From contig JAIPJX010000004.1 of NCBI GenBank assembly GCA_021733945.1, forward strand, positions 12,579 through 76,578: 64,000 bases of DNA, written 5' to 3'. The position numbers and the translations under genes were made by a program. Source of the DNA: Verrucomicrobiota bacterium (GTDB lineage Bacteria; Verrucomicrobiota; Verrucomicrobiia; Limisphaerales; SIBE01). The notes beneath the pieces are model-generated. The model saw only the letters and a list, made by a program, of their open reading frames with translations. It did not search any database and was not told where the DNA came from. Of the stretch, positions 59,596 to 64,000 are shown one piece after another (within the stretch, counting starts at the first letter, position 1; each line of letters begins with the position of its first letter).

Positions 59596-61401
59596 ATGAA
59601 GACGATCATCAATATTGCTGCTTACAAATTTGTGCCTCTGGAGGATCTCCGGATGCAACGCACACGCCTGCTGGCTTTATGCAAAAGCTGGGAGCTCAAG
59701 GGGACGATTCTCCTGAGCGCCGAAGGAATCAACCTGTTTATCGCAGGAGACGAGAAATCGATCGATCTGCTCCTCAGCGAACTCCGGAGCTGGCCGGGGC
59801 TGGAGGATTTGCAGGTCAAAAAGAGTGTCACAGACCGTCAACCGTTCACCCGGATGCTGGTGCGCCTGAAGAAAGAAATCATCGCGTTTGGAGTGGACGG
59901 GATCAATCCCGCGCAACACACATCGCCCAAACTCTCGCCGCAGACCCTGAAGGAATGGCTGGACACAGGACGACCGGTGACCCTGCTTGACACGCGGAAC
60001 GACTACGAGGTCAAACTCGGCACGTTCAAAAACGCGCTACCGATCGGGATCGACCATTTCAGGGAGTTCCCCGAAGCGGTCAGCCGCCTTCCGGAGTCCA
60101 TGAAAGATCAACCGATTGTCATGTTTTGCACCGGAGGGATACGGTGCGAGAAAGCCGGACCGTTCATGGAGCACCGGGGATTTAAACACATTTTCCAGCT
60201 CGACGGGGGCATTCTCAAGTATTTCGAAGAATGCGGCGGCACTCATTACGAAGGCGACTGCTTCGTCTTTGACCAGCGCACCGGCATCGACCCGAGCCTC
60301 AACGAAACCGGGTCGACACAGTGTTACGGCTGCCAGACGCCGTTGACCGAGCAGGAGCAGCAGGATCCCCGATATGTTCCCGGGCAAACCTGCCCCTACT
60401 GTTTCAAAACACCGGCCGAACAAACTGCCAGAAACCTCGCCCTCCGCCACGCCGCCATCGAGCAGGCCATCACCCCCCTCCCGGGGAGCCAGCCCTACGA
60501 CAATTTCAGGCCGATCAATGTCCCCAACGAGTGCGACGGAAAAACACTTCTGGAGGCCCTGTGCCGTGTGGTTGTGCATATTCCGGCAGAAACCTGGCGC
60601 GAGGAGTGTGCAAAGGATCTGGTGCTCACGAGCGATTATACGCCGGCCCGCGCCGATCACACCGTTCGGGCTCGCGAACGGTACCTGCACAAATTTCCGA
60701 ACGTGACCGAACCCGCCGTCAATGGCCGGGTGCAGATCCTTCACGAGGACGAAGCCTTGATCGTGCTGAACAAACCGGCACCTCTGCCGATGCACGCCGG
60801 AGGCCGGTTCAACCGAAATTCACTGCAATTTATTCTCAACCGGGCCTATCACCCCCACAAACCGCACCCTGCACACAGACTCGACGCCAACACCACCGGG
60901 TTGGTGCTCCTGACTCGAACACGACACTTCGCCAAACGCCTGCAACCTCAGTTCGCCGCTGGACGGGTCATCAAGCGTTACCTTGCCCTCGTGCCTGGTG
61001 TCCTGCACGAGACCGAATTCCATTGCAACGCTCCGATCAGCACGACCGCAGGCAGGGCCGGAACGCGCCAGGTGGATTTTGAGAACGGACAGGAGGCCCG
61101 CACCGAATTCCGGGTGCTGGCAAGAACCGCCGCAGGCAACACACTGCTGGAAGCCCGCCCCTTGACCGGACGAACCAACCAGATCCGGGTCCATCTCTGG
61201 CACAGGGGCTGCCCGATTGTCGGAGACCCGGTCTATCTGCCCGGAGACCAGCTCGGGGATACCCAGACTCTGGACATCACGGCACCGCCTCTCTGTCTGC
61301 ACGCCTGGAAAATCGTATTTGACCACCCGCTGAGCGGCCTGGAAATGGAATTCACCGCGCCTCCGCCGGAGTGGGTTCCCGAAATAAACTCCCTTTCATA
61401 G
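59596..61401 (+). CDS. TrhO-like rhodanese (tRNA U34 hydroxylase) fused to an RluA-family pseudouridine synthase
   Basis: LKGTILLSAEGIN, DTRNDYE, FCTGGIRCEKA; NKPAPLPMH, HRLDANTTG, TGRTNQIRVH. Confidence 0.88.
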   Translation: MKTIINIAAYKFVPLEDLRMQRTRLLALCKSWELKGTILLSAEGINLFIAGDEKSIDLLLSELRSWPGLEDLQVKKSVTDRQPFTRMLVRLKKEIIAFGVDGINPAQHTSPKLSPQTLKEWLDTGRPVTLLDTRNDYEVKLGTFKNALPIGIDHFREFPEAVSRLPESMKDQPIVMFCTGGIRCEKAGPFMEHRGFKHIFQLDGGILKYFEECGGTHYEGDCFVFDQRTGIDPSLNETGSTQCYGCQTPLTEQEQQDPRYVPGQTCPYCFKTPAEQTARNLALRHAAIEQAITPLPGSQPYDNFRPINVPNECDGKTLLEALCRVVVHIPAETWREECAKDLVLTSDYTPARADHTVRARERYLHKFPNVTEPAVNGRVQILHEDEALIVLNKPAPLPMHAGGRFNRNSLQFILNRAYHPHKPHPAHRLDANTTGLVLLTRTRHFAKRLQPQFAAGRVIKRYLALVPGVLHETEFHCNAPISTTAGRAGTRQVDFENGQEARTEFRVLARTAAGNTLLEARPLTGRTNQIRVHLWHRGCPIVGDPVYLPGDQLGDTQTLDITAPPLCLHAWKIVFDHPLSGLEMEFTAPPPEWVPEINSLS

Positions 61402-61476
61402 CCCCTTCCGTGGCAGGACGGCGTCGAAACCAGTCCGGATCCACAGCCGGATCCGAGCGAAGAAATCCGAAAACAC

Positions 61477-61517
61477 AAAAGGCCTGCCATTATTTGGCAG
61501 GCTTAAGCCTCTTTTTC
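61477..61517. terminator. Hairpin between convergent genes
   Basis: AAAAGGCCTGCCA-TTATT-TGGCAGGCTT followed by a T-rich run. Confidence 0.55.
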
Positions 61518-61561
61518 TGCCCGGCACAAGACCGGGATCACACCAAAAATCTCCCGAAAGA

Positions 61562-61813
61562 CTAGGAGATGGGCTCGAACAACCTCGCAAGCGAGTTATT
61601 CGTGTCCAACGCCGCCTTCAAGGCCCGGTGAAGAATTCCGACCTTCGACAGCGCCTCGCCCTGTTCGGGATCGGTGCGTCGCGCCACGAATTCTTCCTGT
61701 GCCGATTCGACCCGGGCAGCCTGACCGCCAGACTGTTCACCCGGTTTGGAACCCAACAAGGGATTCTGGATGTGATGAGAAATGCCTGAATTAGCCGCTG
61801 TAACTGAATTCAT
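61562..61813 (-). CDS. Small hypothetical protein
   Basis: 83-aa ORF filling the gap, converging on a hairpin; C-terminal amphipathic helix ILHRALKAALD. Confidence 0.45.
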   Translation of the reverse strand: MNSVTAANSGISHHIQNPLLGSKPGEQSGGQAARVESAQEEFVARRTDPEQGEALSKVGILHRALKAALDTNNSLARLFEPIS

Positions 61814-61919
61814 TGAATCTAGGTATGCCCCAGTCCCTTCCTGGAAGCAAGTATTTTCGAAATAAAACAATCCTCTTTATTTCCAGTTTTCTTCCTGTAC
61901 GTTCGCCACTCAAATTGAA

Positions 61920-63131
61920 ATGAATAGACCTTCCCTGCTGGTCATCATCCTAAGCGTGTTTATCGATCTGATCGGGTTCGGCATTGTCATGCCGCTCCTC
62001 CCGATCTACGGCAAGACGTTCGGGGCAAATGGCTTTGAAATCGGCCTCATCATCGCCTCCTTCTCGGCGATGCAGTTTCTGTTTGCACCGGCCTGGGGAC
62101 GGTTGTCGGACCGCATCGGGCGGCGTCCAGTCATCCTGATCAGCAATGCGGGGTCCACCCTCTCCTATGCCGCATTTGCGATGGCCTCGACATACAGCGG
62201 GTCCACCGGATTCTGGCTCCTGCTTGCCTCCCGAATTTTCGCGGGAATCTGCGGGGCGAACATTTCGGTGGCCAGTGCGTTCATCGCGGATATCTCGCCC
62301 CCCGAGAAACGGACGCAACGAATGGGGTTGATCGGCATGGCGTTCGGGCTTGGATTCGTCTTTGGGCCAGCACTGGGGGCTTTCAGCTACAAGATGTTTG
62401 GACTGGCCGGACCGGGTTGGGTGGCGGCCAGCTTCTGCGGGTTCAATTTCCTGTTCGGCTTGATCGCCCTCGTGGAAAGCCGGAAACCGACGGGAGAAAC
62501 GGCGCGTCCGAGACCAACCTTGTCGCAATGGGCCTACACCCTCCGGCAACCCACCGTCGGCTTCGTGGTCGTCATCTATTTCCTGGGAACGTTCTGTTTC
62601 GCCTGTTTCGAGAGCACGTTCAGCCTGCTGGTGGAGGAGGTCTTTCATTACACACCGGATCACGCCGGTTATCTTTTCGCCTATTGCGGCGTCCTGGCCG
62701 CCTTCATCCAGGCGGGACCGATCCGCCGCCTGAACAAACTGCTTGGTGAACGTCGGCTCATCACTTCGAGTCTGATCATCGTTGCGGCCAGCTTCCTTTT
62801 CATCGCGCTTTCCGCGAGTCTTGCCACTCTCATGCTGAGCGTCGGGCTCCTCGCGATCGGCTGGGGAATGAACCGCCCCCCCGCCCTGGGTCTGATTTCG
62901 CTGAGCGCCTCGGCGGACGAGCAGGGTGCCACCATGGGAGTTGCCCAGGGTGCCGCCAGTCTGGCCCGCATTCTGGGTCCGATGTTCGCCAGCCCTCTTT
63001 ATGCGGGGCATCATGAGCTCCCCTATTTTGTCTGCGCCGGAATTTCGCTTCTCGCCGGCCTCGCCGCCTTTGTCTATCTCTGCCGCCCCAGTCCGGCAGT
63101 AACGACATCGGACCTGGAAAGCGCGGGCTGA
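61920..63131 (+). CDS. MFS transporter (TetA/DHA1-like)
   Basis: DLIGFGIVMPLLP, GRLSDRIGRRPV, GFVFGPALG. Confidence 0.92.
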   Translation: MNRPSLLVIILSVFIDLIGFGIVMPLLPIYGKTFGANGFEIGLIIASFSAMQFLFAPAWGRLSDRIGRRPVILISNAGSTLSYAAFAMASTYSGSTGFWLLLASRIFAGICGANISVASAFIADISPPEKRTQRMGLIGMAFGLGFVFGPALGAFSYKMFGLAGPGWVAASFCGFNFLFGLIALVESRKPTGETARPRPTLSQWAYTLRQPTVGFVVVIYFLGTFCFACFESTFSLLVEEVFHYTPDHAGYLFAYCGVLAAFIQAGPIRRLNKLLGERRLITSSLIIVAASFLFIALSASLATLMLSVGLLAIGWGMNRPPALGLISLSASADEQGATMGVAQGAASLARILGPMFASPLYAGHHELPYFVCAGISLLAGLAAFVYLCRPSPAVTTSDLESAG

Positions 63132-63379
63132 GTTCGGACAGGCACTCCAACCACCTTCCAACGCTCTCCGCAAGTTCGTCGACCACGACGCGGGCGGAAC
63201 GATAAGGCCCAGGAATTCGTTTCCTCCAACCCAGGAATCCGGCCCAGCGGCCTGCCGGGAGGCGCGCTTTTCGGCGTTCTCCCGCCCAGAATAAAAAGTG
63301 TTTTCTCGTCTTCAATAAGCGACTATCTTCACCCGGTTATCGATCAAATCACGAACGAGACGCACAGAAAGGCAGATTC

Positions 63380-64000
63380 ATGGCGAAGCCGAATGAGACT
63401 TTGGAACAGACTCCATCACAGGGAACCGGGGGGCAGCACGGTGGCCGTCCCAAATACCCCGGAATACCCGTTACCTGCAACGGCAATCAGCTCGTCGCGC
63501 AGCACGTCGAAACCCGGGTGACGGACGGAGGGGTCTTCTACCCGATCACCCCGTCCACCGAAGGTGGAGAGATCTACCAGCAATCCTTCGCCCATGGAGA
63601 ACTGAACGTTTTCGGCCAAGCCAAGATCGCGATCGAGTGCGAAGGGGAACATGCGGCCCAGGGCGGAGCCACGGCGTTTTCGGTGACTGGCCGACGCACG
63701 GTGAATTTCACCTCCGGACAGGGCCTGGCCTATGCCATGGAGCAGTATTACCATGCACCCGGCAAACTCTCGACGATGGTTCTCGAAGTCGGCGCGCGGG
63801 CCCTGACCAAACACGCCCTGAATGTACACTGCGGCCACGACGATTTTTACGGAGCGCTGGATGCCGGATGGACCATGCTCGTCGCCAAGGACGCCCAGCA
63901 GGCGGCCGATCAGGCAATTATTCTACGGAAGGTCTGCGAGTTATCCCTGAACCCGGGCATGAATATCCAGGACGGCATGCTCACCACCCATTCCGAGCGA
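63380..64000 (+). CDS. Pyruvate/2-oxoacid:ferredoxin oxidoreductase, N-terminal part (runs off the window edge)
   Basis: Manual translation: YPITPSTEGGE, EGEHAAQG, NFTSGQGL, ARALTKHALNVHCGHDD, QDGMLTTHSE. Confidence 0.92.
   Translation, partial: MAKPNETLEQTPSQGTGGQHGGRPKYPGIPVTCNGNQLVAQHVETRVTDGGVFYPITPSTEGGEIYQQSFAHGELNVFGQAKIAIECEGEHAAQGGATAFSVTGRRTVNFTSGQGLAYAMEQYYHAPGKLSTMVLEVGARALTKHALNVHCGHDDFYGALDAGWTMLVAKDAQQAADQAIILRKVCELSLNPGMNIQDGMLTTHSER

Noticed and set aside
63330-63355. FNR box upstream of PFOR
   Set aside because: TCGAT-CAA-ATCAC has the wrong spacing and mismatches relative to TTGAT-N4-ATCAA

Overview
GC-rich bacterial chromosomal segment, most likely Verrucomicrobiota/PVC (inferred from sulfatases, a planctomycete-type cytochrome c, a prepilin H-X9-DG protein, and kinase-associated ECF genes). 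Housekeeping genes (xth, prmA, rph, msrB, proS, IscA/HscB-like, dprA, TrhO-RluA fusion, partial PFOR) are mixed with glycan-catabolic genes. The best candidate for an undescribed system is an AT-richer island at about 26.9-37.5 kb. It encodes an ECF sigma factor, a 50-aa acidic protein, a secreted protein, and a tandem membrane pseudokinase + kinase pair that both end in FGE/SUMF1 domains, divergent from two secreted proteins. An ACGGCAAGAT-N11-CG(T/A)CGTAG motif with ECF-promoter geometry lies in front of both transcription units. The window also holds several REP-associated mobile elements: an IS4-like MITE that carries and targets REPs (10-bp TSD), an IS5-like 132-bp MITE (one copy inserted in frame into a signal peptide), and the 3' end of a group II intron joined to a REP arm. 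No rRNA, tRNA or CRISPR array was recognised. All calls come from reading motifs by eye; no database search was run.
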